This document shows positions 20,400-30,618 of a stretch of 64,000 nucleotides of DNA, in pieces (within the stretch, counting starts at the first letter, position 1; each line of letters starts with the position of its first letter). Both the position numbers and the translations under genes were made by a program. Under the pieces are notes generated by a model. The model did not search any database, was not told where the DNA came from, and saw only the letters and a program-made list of their open reading frames with translations. The stretch is from an uncultured Clostridia bacterium (lineage in GTDB: Bacteria > Bacillota > Clostridia > TANB77 > CAG-508), in assembly GCA_949745595.1 (NCBI GenBank), contig CATJWN010000038.1, positions 1,096 through 65,095 of the forward strand. Reading direction: 5' to 3'.

Positions 20400-21321
20400 A
20401 TGAAAATTGGAATTGACTTAGGTGGAAGCCACATAGGAGTTGGCTTGATAGAAGAAACAAATATAATTGCAATTAAAGACAAGATATTAACTAGAGAAGA
20501 TAGAGCAGATATTAAAAGAACGATAGTAAATGAAATTACCACAATGATAAAAGATCTATGTAATGAAAATGGAATAGCAGAAGAAGCATTAGAGTTAATT
20601 GGAATTGCTTCACCTGGTACTACTTCAAATGGAGTTATTGTAAAAGCTGGAAATCTTGGTGTTAAAGATTTTGATTTACTTCGGTGTGCTTAGAAAAAAT
20701 TTCAGCAATCAAATGATACTTCGAAATGATGCTAAATGTGCTGCTATGGCTGAAAAAGTATATGGAGCAATGAAAGACTATAAAGATGGTGTGTTCTTAT
20801 GCCTAGGAACTGGAATTGGTGGAGCAGTTTTTATGGATGGAAAATTATTAGAGCCTAAGAGATATTCTGGTTTTGAAATGGGACATATGGTTATAAATAA
20901 AGGTGGTAGATTGTGTAGTTGTGGTAAAAAAGGATGTTTTGAGGCATATGCTTCAATAAAAGCTTTGAAAACTAAAGTTACAGAAACTTTAGATATGGAT
21001 AGTGATATATCAGGAGAGTATTTAAGAGAAGTAATTTTAAAAAGAGAAGTTTTTGAGAATCATAATGAAGTAGTAATTCAGGATTTGGAGAATTTTTTAG
21101 AATATTTGCAAACTGGAATATGCAATTTAATTGATATATTTGAGCCAGAAATAGTAGTACTTGGAGGAAGTTTTTCATATTACGAGAAAAATCCAATTTT
21201 TAATATGTTATTAGATAAAATAAATGCTCCAAAGACTACCTTTAATGAAGGAGAAAAGCCTAAAATAGTTACTGCAGAATTTAAAAACGATGCAGGAATA
21301 ATTGGAGCAACTTTAATATAA
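20400..21321 (+). CDS. glcK: ROK-family glucokinase; needs a +1 shift at in-frame CGG 20682-20684
   Basis: MKIGIDLGGSHIGVGL (ATP-binding start) and the ROK zinc motif CSCGKKGCFEAY. The two track ORFs (20400-20693, 20656-21321) join as ...KDFDLL-GVLRKNF... when the C is skipped. Confidence 0.8.
20682..20684 (+). other. In-frame CGG / +1 shift site (glcK)
   Basis: ctt CGG tgt gct tag. Skipping the C gives GGT GTG CTT AGA = GVLR. Confidence 0.8.
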
Positions 21322-21326
21322 TTTTG

Positions 21327-21359
21327 GAAAACGTACCAGAATAAATCGGTACGTTTTTT
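21327..21359 (+). terminator. Terminator after glcK
   Basis: acgtacc...ggtacgt stem followed by TTTTTT. Confidence 0.65.
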
Positions 21360-21586
21360 ATGTAGTAATATTTGACATTTATGTAAATTTCGTGTATAAT
21401 AATTACATTAGTAATGAGATTTTTATATATAAGAAAAAAGAGTTCGGAAAATTAAATTAAAAAATGATCGGAAAATTTTAATATAATATTTTGGAAGTAG
21501 GAATGCAAAATTCTTACGTTTTTTGGTGTTTTCAAAAAATGTAGGAACGCTTTTCTTGTGTATGAAATTTAAGAAAAGGAGATTTT

Positions 21587-23354
21587 ATGGAAAACGAAAA
21601 AAGCAAAAGAGAAAACAAACAAAGAAGAAGACCTAGACAGTTACCAAAGAAGAATGTAGCAGTCAAGGCAGAAAAAAAAGAGGATTTTCAATTTAAAAAA
21701 GATAATTTGAAAATTATTCCTTTAGGAGGAATACACGAAATTGGAAAGAACATTACAGTTTTTGAGTACGGAAATGATATAGTACTTGTTGATTGTGGGG
21801 TAGCTTTTCCTGAAGATGAGATGTTAGGTATTGACTTGGTTATACCAGACTTTACTTATCTAGTAAAAAATAAAGAGAAGATAAGGGGCTTAGTAGTAAC
21901 ACATGGGCACGAGGACCATATAGGTTCTATACCATATTTATTGAAAGAAATAAATATACCAATTTATGCTACAAAATTAACAGCAGGTTTAATTGAGCAT
22001 AAGCTTGAAGAACACAAGTTAAAGGCAAGTACAAAACTAAATGTGGTAAAACAAGGACAAACTATAGTACTTGGTAAAATGAGGGTAGAATTTATTAGAA
22101 GTTGTCATAGTATACCAGATTCAGTAGCACTTGCAATTCATACACCTGTTGGCACAGTGGTTCATACAGGAGATTTTAAGATTGATTATACACCAATTGG
22201 AGAAGAGCCAAACAATTTAGGAAGGCTAGCTGAGCTTGGAAATAAAGGTGTACTTGCATTACTTTCTGATAGTACAAATGCTGAAAGAAAAGGATTTACA
22301 ATGTCTGAAAGTTCAGTAGGAGAAGTATTTGAAAAGCTATTTTTTAATTGTACAAAGAGAATTATAGTTGCAACATTTGCATCAAATGTCCACAGAATTC
22401 AACAAATTGTGGATTTAGCAGTGAAAAACAAAAGGAAAATTGCAGTTTGTGGAAGAAGTATGATAAATGTTATAGAAACAGCAATGGAGCTTGGCTATAT
22501 TGATGTTCCCAAAAATGTTTTTATTGATATTGATATGATTAAAAATTATCCTGACGAGCAATTAGTAATTATCACAACTGGAAGTCAGGGAGAGCCAATG
22601 TCTGCATTAACTAGAATGGCAAATGGCGAGCATAAAAAAGTAACACTTACTGCAAACGATTTAGTTATTATTTCAGCAAATCCAATACCTCGGAAATGAA
22701 AAATATATTTCAAGGGTAATCGACGATTTAATGCAAATTGGAAGTGAAGTAATATATAGTTCTTTAGCAGATATTCACGTTTCAGGACATGCTTGCCAGG
22801 AAGAGCAAAAGTTAATGCTTACATTAGTAAAACCAAAATTCTTTGTGCCAGTTCATGGCGAATATAGACAACTTGTAGCTCATAAAGAAACTGCTAAAAA
22901 GTTAGGTTATGAAGACAAAGATGTATTTTTAATGACTAATGGTAGAGTTTTAGAGCTTAACGAAAAGGAGGCAAAACTTACAACTACAGTACCTTTCGGA
23001 AAAGTAATGGTAGATGGATTAGGAGTAGGTGATGTTGGAAATATTGTGCTTCGTGATAGACAACATTTATCACAAGACGGATTAATAATTGTAGTTATTA
23101 CAATGGATTCTTCTACAGGCGAAGTAATAGCAGGTCCTGATATGATTTCAAGAGGTTTTGTATATGTACGTGAATCTGAGAATCTAATGGATGACGTAAA
23201 ATCAATGATTACAATAAAGATACATGAGAGTGTAGGAAATGGAATTACTGATTGGGCAACATTAAAATCAATAATTAAAGATAACCTAAGAGACTATATA
23301 TACAAAGAAACAAAGCGTAATCCGATGATTCTGCCTATTATAATGGAAGTATAA
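21587..23354 (+). CDS. rnj: Ribonuclease J; needs a +1 shift at in-frame CGG 22691-22693
   Basis: Metallo-beta-lactamase motif HGHEDHIG and a beta-CASP domain. The junction ...SANPIP-GNEKYISRVIDDLMQIG restores the conserved IPGNE. There is a ~40-aa K/R-rich N-terminal extension. Confidence 0.85.
22691..22693 (+). other. In-frame CGG / +1 shift site (rnj)
   Basis: cct CGG aaa tga. Skipping the C gives GGA AAT GAA = GNE (conserved IPGNE). Confidence 0.85.
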
Positions 23355-23364
23355 TAAAAATATA

Positions 23365-23402
23365 GTAATACCAAGCTTTTACAGTTTGGTATTACTTTTT
23401 TG
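23365..23402 (+). terminator. Terminator after rnj
   Basis: gtaataccaa...ttggtattac stem followed by TTTTTT. Confidence 0.7.
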
Positions 23403-23449
23403 TTACCCTTTTATTACCCACAAATTAAGCTAGATATAACAAACTGTTG

Positions 23450-23640
23450 TTGACAAGCTCTAAAAACAATGTTATTCTAGACATACCTTTCACCTAAAGG
23501 TAGAAAGGAGGCGAATAACTGTGACATCATATGAGTTAATCTGACGATTAATTATTTTGTTGCTATTAAGCAATAGAAATGACGAAAACCAAGAAGACAA
23601 AGAATAATCTTTGTAGCGGGCTGACTACCCGCTTTTTCTT
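23450..23640 (+). other. Small stand-alone transcription unit: promoter, strong RBS with a 7-codon ORF, and a terminator (candidate sRNA or leader)
   Basis: TTGACA (23450-55), 17 nt, then TATTCT. Hairpin accttt-cacct-aaaggt. AAAGGAGG followed by GTG ACA TCA TAT GAG TTA ATC TGA (23521-23544). Terminator gcggg-ctgacta-cccgc + TTTTT (about 23616-23640). Confidence 0.35.
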
Positions 23641-23890
23641 TTTATATAAAAATGAGATGTGTTGACTAGACACATCTCGACGAAAATTCATGACATCATA
23701 TGAATTTCAAGTTACTACTATAATAGCACATATTTTAAGATATGTCAAATTTTATATTTTTATTCAAGTATCTTTTATTTACTATGTTATTGTTTAATAA
23801 AACTGTTTCTTTTGTTCAAAAAATCGTTGAAAAATATATTAAAATATGATATTATCTAAAGAATAGTTTAAGAGAATGAGGAGATTGAAA

Positions 23891-25519
23891 ATGGATAATA
23901 AAGAATTAGCAGATTTAATTTTTCCAAATGCAAAAGAAGTGAGTTTTTATGAAGAAAAGTATAAGGCAAGGGAATTACCAGAAGGAGCAATAGTTACAAG
24001 GTTTGCACCAAGCCCTACTGGGTTTGTACATATTGGAGGTCTATATCAAGCAGAGATTGCGAGAAAACTTGCAGACCAAACTAAAGGTGTATTTTTTGTA
24101 AGAATTGAAGACACAGACCAAAAAAGAGAAATTGAAAATGGTGTAGAGCAGATTATAGATGCTTTAAGAGACTATGATTTAATGCCAGATGAGACTATTA
24201 TTGACGGTAAAGACGTTGGAAATTATGGCCCTTATCAACAAAGTAAGAGAAAAGAAATTTATCAAGCTTATGCGAAATTTCTAATTGAAAAAGGAATGGC
24301 ATATCCTTGCTTTTGTACACCAGAAACTTTAAATTCTATTAGAGAAGATCAAGAAAAGGCAAAAGAGAGAACTGGTTATTATGGAAAATGGACCAAATGT
24401 AGAAATATGCCTATTGATATGTCTGCTGAGAAAGTAAAAAATGGAGAGTCTTGTATTATTAGATTAAAATCACCAGGAAATCCAGATAAAAAAATAAAAC
24501 ACAGAGATGTTATTAAAGGTAATGTAGACATGCCTGAAAATGACCAAGATATAGTTATTATTAAGTCTGATGGCTTGCCAACATATCACTTTGCACATGC
24601 TGTTGATGATCATTTAATGGGAACAACACATGTTATAAGAGGAGATGAGTGGCTTCCATCTGTACCACTTCATTTACAACTTTTCTATGTTTTAGGTTTT
24701 AAAGCACCTAAATATGCACATATTGCGCCTATGATGAAAGTTGATGGAGACGCAAAAAGAAAGTTAAGTAAGAGAAAAGATCCAGAAGCTGCTGTATCAT
24801 ATTACACAGAAGAGGGAATTCCAAAGCAAGCAGTAAAAGAATATTTAATGAATATAGCTAATTCTAATTTCGAAATCTGGAGAAAGCAAAATCCGGATAA
24901 ACCAATTGAAGAGTTTGAGTTACAATTAAATAAAATGGGTGTTAGTGGAGCATTATTCGATATGGTAAAAATGCTTGATGTAGCTAAAAATGTAATTTCG
25001 AAATATTCTGCTGAAGAAGTTTATGAGGAAAGCTATAATTGGTCTAAAAACTTTGATCCAGAATTAAAAGAGATGTTAGATGATAAGGAATATGCACTTA
25101 AAGTTTTAGGAATAGAAAGAGGAAATGTAAAACCTAGAAAAGATATTGGCAAATGGTCAGATGTTAAAAACACTATTTATTATATGTATGATAATAAATT
25201 CGATAAAAATGGCGAGTTTGAATATCAAAAAATAAATGATAAAGATGAGATAGAGAAGATAGTAAAAGAGTATTTTGACAAGTATTATGACGAAGCAGAC
25301 GACAAAGATACTTGGTTTGCTAAAATGAAAGATTTAGCTGAAAGTATGGGCTATGCTAGAGAAGTAAAAGAATATAAAGCAAACCCAGATACCTATAAAG
25401 GACATGTTGGTGATATAAGCACTGTAATTCGTGTTAAAGTTACAGGAAGATGTAATACACCAGACCTTTATGAAATATTAAAAGTTCTTGGAAAAGAACG
25501 TATTATGAAGAGAGTATAA
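23891..25519 (+). CDS. gltX: Glutamate--tRNA ligase
   Basis: PSPTGFVHIGG (HIGH-class motif) and KLSKRK. I prefer the start at 23891 (AGGAG 7 nt upstream) over 23876. Confidence 0.85.
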   Translation: MDNKELADLIFPNAKEVSFYEEKYKARELPEGAIVTRFAPSPTGFVHIGGLYQAEIARKLADQTKGVFFVRIEDTDQKREIENGVEQIIDALRDYDLMPDETIIDGKDVGNYGPYQQSKRKEIYQAYAKFLIEKGMAYPCFCTPETLNSIREDQEKAKERTGYYGKWTKCRNMPIDMSAEKVKNGESCIIRLKSPGNPDKKIKHRDVIKGNVDMPENDQDIVIIKSDGLPTYHFAHAVDDHLMGTTHVIRGDEWLPSVPLHLQLFYVLGFKAPKYAHIAPMMKVDGDAKRKLSKRKDPEAAVSYYTEEGIPKQAVKEYLMNIANSNFEIWRKQNPDKPIEEFELQLNKMGVSGALFDMVKMLDVAKNVISKYSAEEVYEESYNWSKNFDPELKEMLDDKEYALKVLGIERGNVKPRKDIGKWSDVKNTIYYMYDNKFDKNGEFEYQKINDKDEIEKIVKEYFDKYYDEADDKDTWFAKMKDLAESMGYAREVKEYKANPDTYKGHVGDISTVIRVKVTGRCNTPDLYEILKVLGKERIMKRV

Positions 25520-25520
25520 A

Positions 25521-25700
25521 ATGGATTATCAAATAGGAGATAAGGTAAAAACTAGAAAGCCACATCCCTGTGGCTCAAAAGAATGGGAAGTTACAAGGAT
25601 TGGTGTGGATTTTAAGCTTAAATGCTTGGGATGTTCACATGTTATTATGCTTCCAAGAGAAAAAGCTTTAAAAAGCATTATAGGCAAAATAGAAGGCTAA
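25521..25700 (+). CDS. DUF951-family small protein (59 aa; below the ORF-track cutoff)
   Basis: My translation is MDYQIGDKVKTRKPHPCGSKEWEVTRIGVDFKLKCLGCSHVIMLPREKALKSIIGKIEG, which carries the CG...C.GC pattern typical of DUF951. Confidence 0.6.
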   Translation: MDYQIGDKVKTRKPHPCGSKEWEVTRIGVDFKLKCLGCSHVIMLPREKALKSIIGKIEG

Positions 25701-25721
25701 GATACCAAAGGAGGAAGAAAA

Positions 25722-25988
25722 ATGGAAATTCAAGTAGGTAAAGTTTACAGACATTTTAAAGGAAATTACTATTATATTCAAGAGGTAGCTTTAAACTCGG
25801 AAACTAAGGAAAGAATGGTTATATATAAACCTTTATATGATAGAAAAGATAGCGCATCCTGGGTAAGAAGAGAGGCTATGTTCTTTGAAGAAGTGCCACT
25901 TGATAGACCAGACAATATAACAGGGCAAAAAACACGTTTCCAGTTATGTGAGGATTTAAGTAAAGATGTAGCTGGTAGCTGTAAATAG
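25722..25988 (+). CDS. DUF1653-family protein
   Basis: YRHFKGNYYYIQEVALNSETKERMVIYKPLY matches the DUF1653 signature. Confidence 0.6.
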   Translation: MEIQVGKVYRHFKGNYYYIQEVALNSETKERMVIYKPLYDRKDSASWVRREAMFFEEVPLDRPDNITGQKTRFQLCEDLSKDVAGSCK

Positions 25989-26001
25989 GGAGGAATTATA
26001 A

Positions 26002-27288
26002 ATGATAGATATAAAATTAATTAGAGAAAATCCAGATTTAGTAAAAGAAAATATTAAGAAAAAATTCCAAGACCATAAACTTACTTTGGTAGATGAGGTT
26101 ATAGAATTAGATAAACAAAGCAGAGAGCTTACTTTACTTTGTGATGAACTTCGTATGCAAAGAAATAGTAAAAGTAAAGAAATAGGAAACTTGATGGCAA
26201 GCGGAAAAAAAGATGAAGCTGAAAAAATAAAGGCAGAAGTTGGAGAAATAAACGCTAAGCTTGAAGCAAATGTAGGAAAAGAAGATGAACTTAAAGAAGA
26301 AATAAAACAAAGAATGATGAAGATTCCTAATATAATGGATGTATCTGTTCCAATCGGAAAAGACGATAGTGAGAATGTTGAAAATGAAAAGTTTGGCGAG
26401 CCAGTAGTTCCAAGTTATGAGATACCTTATCATGCAGATATTATTGAAAAACTTAGTGGAATAGATAAAGAAAGTGCTGGAAGAACTTCAGGAAATGGTT
26501 TCTACTATTTGATAGGCGATGTTGCAAGACTTCACGAAGCAATGATTGCTTATGCAAGAGATTTTATGATAGATAAAGGATTTACTTATGCAATTCCACC
26601 ATTTATGATACGTTCAGACGTTGTAAATGGAGTTATGAGCTTTGAAGAATTAGAAGCAATGATGTATAAAATTGAGGGTGAAGATCTATATTTAATAGGT
26701 ACTAGCGAACACTCAATGATAGGAAAATTTAAAGGACAAATTGTAAAAGAAGAGGAGCTACCTATTTGTATGACCTCATATTCTCCTTGCTTTAGAAAAG
26801 AAGTTGGTTCGCACGGACTAGAGGAGAGAGGTTTATATAGAGTACATCAATTTGAAAAACAAGAAATGATAGTTCTTTGCAAAGAAGAGGATGCAATGGA
26901 ATGGTATAACAAAATGTGGAAATTTACAGTAGACTTTTTCAGAAGTTTAGATGTACCAGTTAGAACTCTAGAATGTTGTAGTGGAGATTTAGCAGATCTT
27001 AAAGTTAAATCTTGTGATGTTGAGGCTTGGAGTCCACGTCAACAAAAATATTTTGAGGTTGGAAGCTGCTCAACTTTAGGTACAGCGCAGGCAAGAAGAT
27101 TATCTATTCGTACAAAAGGCGAGAAAGGAAATTACTTAGTTGCAACATTAAATAATACTGTTGTTGCAAGCCCTCGTGGTTTAATTGCAGTACTTGAAAA
27201 TAATTACATGGAAGATGGCAGTGTAAAAGTTCCAGAAGTATTATGGAACTATATGGGAGGAAAAAAAGTAATTTCTCCTAAAAATTAA
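26002..27288 (+). CDS. serS: Serine--tRNA ligase
   Basis: MIDIKLIRENPDLVKENIKKK, an N-terminal coiled-coil arm and a class II core (FRKEVGSHG...YRVHQFEKQE). Confidence 0.9.
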   Translation: MIDIKLIRENPDLVKENIKKKFQDHKLTLVDEVIELDKQSRELTLLCDELRMQRNSKSKEIGNLMASGKKDEAEKIKAEVGEINAKLEANVGKEDELKEEIKQRMMKIPNIMDVSVPIGKDDSENVENEKFGEPVVPSYEIPYHADIIEKLSGIDKESAGRTSGNGFYYLIGDVARLHEAMIAYARDFMIDKGFTYAIPPFMIRSDVVNGVMSFEELEAMMYKIEGEDLYLIGTSEHSMIGKFKGQIVKEEELPICMTSYSPCFRKEVGSHGLEERGLYRVHQFEKQEMIVLCKEEDAMEWYNKMWKFTVDFFRSLDVPVRTLECCSGDLADLKVKSCDVEAWSPRQQKYFEVGSCSTLGTAQARRLSIRTKGEKGNYLVATLNNTVVASPRGLIAVLENNYMEDGSVKVPEVLWNYMGGKKVISPKN

Positions 27289-27298
27289 GGAGTAAAAT

Positions 27299-27885
27299 AT
27301 GGTAGTAAAAAATGCAAGATTTGAAATTTCTGCAGTAGGACCAAAACAGTATCCAAAAGGAAATTTACCAGAAGTAGTATTAGTAGGGAAATCAAATGTT
27401 GGTAAGTCTTCTTTTGTAAATACTTTGTGTAATAGAAAAAATCTAGCAAGAACTAGTAACACGCCTCGGAAAGACTAGACAAATAAATTTTTACAATATT
27501 GATGAGAAGTTTTATTTAGTAGATTTGCCACGGTTATGGTTATAGCAAGATGTCTAAAGAAGAAAAAGTTATCTCAGGAAAATTTATCGAAGATTATCTA
27601 GCCAAAAGAGAAAATATTGCATTAATAGTGTTGGTATTAGATATAAGACATAATCCGACTGAAGATGACTTGCTTATGTACAAATATATTGCAAGTACAA
27701 ATTTACCTTTCATTGTTGTAACTAATAAAGCAGATAAAATAGCAGTAACTAAAGTTGATAGTGCAGTAGAGAAGATTGAAGAGTATTTAGGCATTTCCTT
27801 TAGTAGTATAATTCCATTTTCAGCAGAAAGAAAAATATATACAGAAGCAGCTTGGAAAAATATAGAAAATTTTTTAACTTTATAG
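27299..27885 (+). CDS. engB: Ribosome-biogenesis GTPase EngB/YsxC; needs two +1 shifts at in-frame CGGs 27467-27469 and 27531-27533
   Basis: [19 protein letters not shown]...[16 protein letters not shown] (G1), then ...[15 protein letters not shown]...[17 protein letters not shown]... and TNKADK (G4). Only the last third (27550-27885) appears in the ORF track. Confidence 0.85.
27467..27469 (+). other. In-frame CGG / +1 shift site 1 (engB)
   Basis: cct CGG aaa gac tag. Skipping the C gives GGA AAG ACT AGA = GKTR. Confidence 0.85.
27531..27533 (+). other. In-frame CGG / +1 shift site 2 (engB)
   Basis: cca CGG tta tgg tta tag. Skipping the C gives GGT TAT GGT TAT = GYGY (conserved DLPGYGY). 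Confidence 0.85.
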
Positions 27886-27929
27886 AATAATAAGAGTTCT
27901 TCTCGTGTAAAATACCTTAGGGTGATTTT

Positions 27930-28181
27930 ATGCGAGAAGAATTTGTTCGTGATCCAGAATATGATGGTGTTATAGAAAATAGAAAAGAAATGGATATTTA
28001 CGAAGAAATAGATATATCCAAAAAGAAATTACAGAGTTATTATGAAAATATGAACTATGTTTCTGGAAATATGATAGATTATTATGTGTATCAAATAAAA
28101 GCGGAGCAGGCAAAGTTTGGATACCTTTTAAATGAAATTAAGCAGAGTAAATTAGAGGAGGAACAAGAAGATAATACTTGA
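27930..28181 (+). CDS. Small protein, possibly DUF2508/YaaL-like
   Basis: IDYYVYQIKAEQAKFGYLLNEIK resembles the conserved YaaL helix. Assignment is from memory. Confidence 0.35.
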   Translation: MREEFVRDPEYDGVIENRKEMDIYEEIDISKKKLQSYYENMNYVSGNMIDYYVYQIKAEQAKFGYLLNEIKQSKLEEEQEDNT

Positions 28182-28322
28182 GTCGATAAATTGAAATAAT
28201 ATAATGTAATAATTACATTAAAAATAAAGAAAAAATTTCTTCAAAATTGTAGACTTTTAATTTATTTTTATATATAATATGATTAATATGTTTAAGTGGT
28301 CGAATTATGGAGGAATGATCTT

Positions 28323-30608
28323 ATGTACGAGAGAAGTGCAATCGTTTTAGAAAGATATTTTTGGAACTTGTTTGGTTTTAACAAAACTAGCAATTTAGAG
28401 CAGAACTATAAAAATTATTGTGAGCTTTTTGAAAAGTTCAATAGTTTTCAGACTGCTAATAATGACGAGTTTCAAGCGTTAGAAGACTTTAAAAGTGCGG
28501 AAGCAGCAATAGAGGATATACAAGCTCAAGAAGAGAAATTATATAAGAAAAATGCAAAGTATGAATACAATAGAGACTTGATTTTTAATGATATCACACA
28601 AAAGCCAGAAGAAATTGAAAAATGTATGGCTAAGATTGAAAACGATATTGCCAAAACTCAAAGTGCATTAGTAACTTTAAGAGAAAATTATGTTGAAGCT
28701 GTTAGAAATTATAATGAAAGAAAATCAGCTTTATCAAAATGTAAAAAAGCAAGAAAAAATGCAGAGACAGAATATAGTGCTATTTTTGAAGTTACAAAAC
28801 AAAACATTGAGAATATACCAGAAGAGTATATTGAACTTGCTAAATCTTTTTCAGGAGAAGAAAGTCAAGAAGATCTTGTTAATACAATGTTAGAAAATGG
28901 AAAAGACGAGAAAATTCCTTTCAATAATTCGGTAGTTAGAAATGCCGTAAAAGTAGGTTATGACATTCAAACAAGAATAATTGATAGTTATCTTGATGTA
29001 TATAATAAAACAAATAAATTAATAGCAGAACTTTTAGAAGGCGCTGTTAGTGTTGAGTTACATAAAAAAACTATTAGAAATGTTTCAGTAAAACTTCATT
29101 TCTTAGGAGCTGAAAAAGATTATTTAGTTCAATTTTTAGATTATGAAAGAATTATGGTTATTCATGGTAAGAGAACGCATAGAAACTTGATGTTAGAAGC
29201 TTGTGAAAATTTCAATGTTGATATTGAACAAATTAATAATCTATATACTTTATTGGTAAAAGAAATAACTAATAAGTCAACTAAGAAGGCATATAAAGAA
29301 TTATACAATAAGTCATATTTAGTTGGTATTGAAGAAAATGATGAAAAGTTCAAGAAAGAGAAAAACAAAATCAACTTAGCAACAGCAACTATTATGAATA
29401 CAAACTACTGGAGATTAGAAGGTATAAAGAATATTTATACAGTATTCTACAAAGATGTAGTTGAGGTATTTGGTAAAGACTTAGACGAATTTGAGGTACC
29501 AAGAGAGCCAGAAGAATTTGACGAAGAAGGAGAAATTGCTTCCGAAACTGCAAATGTTGAAATTATAGAAGAAGCACCAGTAGAAGAAGTTGCCATAGAG
29601 GAAGTAGTAGTGCCAGAGCCAGTGGAAGAATTTGTACTTGAACAAGTTTCTGATGATGTACCTGCACTACCTGGAATGGCTGAAGCTGTTCAAGAAAATG
29701 AAAAAGGTAGTAAGAAAGCAAAAGCGAAAGTTGAAGAAGTAGAAGCTCAAGACGAAAATATTGCGGCTATAGAAACAACTGAAGAGGATACAGATTTCAA
29801 TGATGTTTTTGATGTAATTGAAGTAGAGCCAGAAAGAAAAGCTACTAAGAAAAAAGCTAAAAAAGTAAAAAGATATACTAGAAAGAAAGTACAAAAAGAA
29901 AATATTGTTGCGGCTGAAGTTTTAGACGAAGAAGATGAAACAGATGAAGATACAGACGATATTTTTGACAAAGTACAAGCTCCAGCTGTTGAAGCTTTTG
30001 AAGATGTATTTGACGAAATAGAAGAAGAGCCAGATATTTTTGGAGAAAAATACAAAGATATAGCAACAAAAATTGCCGAACTAGATGCGTTAAGTGATTT
30101 AGAAGACGATTTTGAAGAAGACGTTAAGAAAGATAATATCCAAGAAATAGAAGCTCTAGATGAAACAGAAGTAGAAGGCGAACCTGATATATTTGGAAAT
30201 GTAGAAGCAGTAGTAGATAATAAGATTAATAAAATAGAAGCTGCTGATACAGATAGTGAAGACGAGGATGAAGACTTTGAAACAGAGGCAGTTGAATTAG
30301 AAGAAAAAACTATGCAATTAATTGAAGAATTGGATGACGAAGACATGCCTTACGAAGATGAGGATATGCCTTATGAAGACGAAGCAGTTGAAGAATCTAT
30401 TTTTGAGAACATAGAAAATGACGAATATGAAGAAATAAATTTAAAGAAAAATTCTAAAAAAACAAAAGCGACAAAGAAGGAAAAAGCTGCAAAGCCAAAG
30501 GCAAAAGTTGCTGCTGCAAAAAAAGAAACTAAATCAAAAAAAGCTGGTATACTAAAAAATATTATTAAATTAAATGCAAAAGATAATAAAAAAGTAGCAG
30601 AAAATTAG
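28323..30608 (+). CDS. Large coiled-coil protein with an extremely acidic repetitive C-terminal half and a Lys-rich tail (unknown function)
   Basis: I prefer the ATG at 28323 (GGAGG 9 nt upstream). There are long E/D-rich tracts, a DMPYEDE tandem repeat and a KKxKAxK tail. Confidence 0.6.
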   Translation: MYERSAIVLERYFWNLFGFNKTSNLEQNYKNYCELFEKFNSFQTANNDEFQALEDFKSAEAAIEDIQAQEEKLYKKNAKYEYNRDLIFNDITQKPEEIEKCMAKIENDIAKTQSALVTLRENYVEAVRNYNERKSALSKCKKARKNAETEYSAIFEVTKQNIENIPEEYIELAKSFSGEESQEDLVNTMLENGKDEKIPFNNSVVRNAVKVGYDIQTRIIDSYLDVYNKTNKLIAELLEGAVSVELHKKTIRNVSVKLHFLGAEKDYLVQFLDYERIMVIHGKRTHRNLMLEACENFNVDIEQINNLYTLLVKEITNKSTKKAYKELYNKSYLVGIEENDEKFKKEKNKINLATATIMNTNYWRLEGIKNIYTVFYKDVVEVFGKDLDEFEVPREPEEFDEEGEIASETANVEIIEEAPVEEVAIEEVVVPEPVEEFVLEQVSDDVPALPGMAEAVQENEKGSKKAKAKVEEVEAQDENIAAIETTEEDTDFNDVFDVIEVEPERKATKKKAKKVKRYTRKKVQKENIVAAEVLDEEDETDEDTDDIFDKVQAPAVEAFEDVFDEIEEEPDIFGEKYKDIATKIAELDALSDLEDDFEEDVKKDNIQEIEALDETEVEGEPDIFGNVEAVVDNKINKIEAADTDSEDEDEDFETEAVELEEKTMQLIEELDDEDMPYEDEDMPYEDEAVEESIFENIENDEYEEINLKKNSKKTKATKKEKAAKPKAKVAAAKKETKSKKAGILKNIIKLNAKDNKKVAEN

Positions 30609-30618
30609 GAGATTTAAG

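Noticed and set aside
21360-21586. Repeated ..tcggaaaatt.. boxes and AT-rich structure in the rnj 5' leader
   Set aside because: There are only two short copies and no clear secondary structure or known motif. It may be an autoregulatory leader, but the evidence is too thin.
29747-30346. 199-aa Ser-rich ORF on the minus strand, plus the neighbouring minus ORFs 29667-29894 and 29878-30069
   Set aside because: This is an antisense shadow of the GAA/GAT-rich acidic region of the 28323-30608 gene. TTC/ATC-rich antisense sequence reads as Ser/Phe/Ile runs, and there is no RBS.
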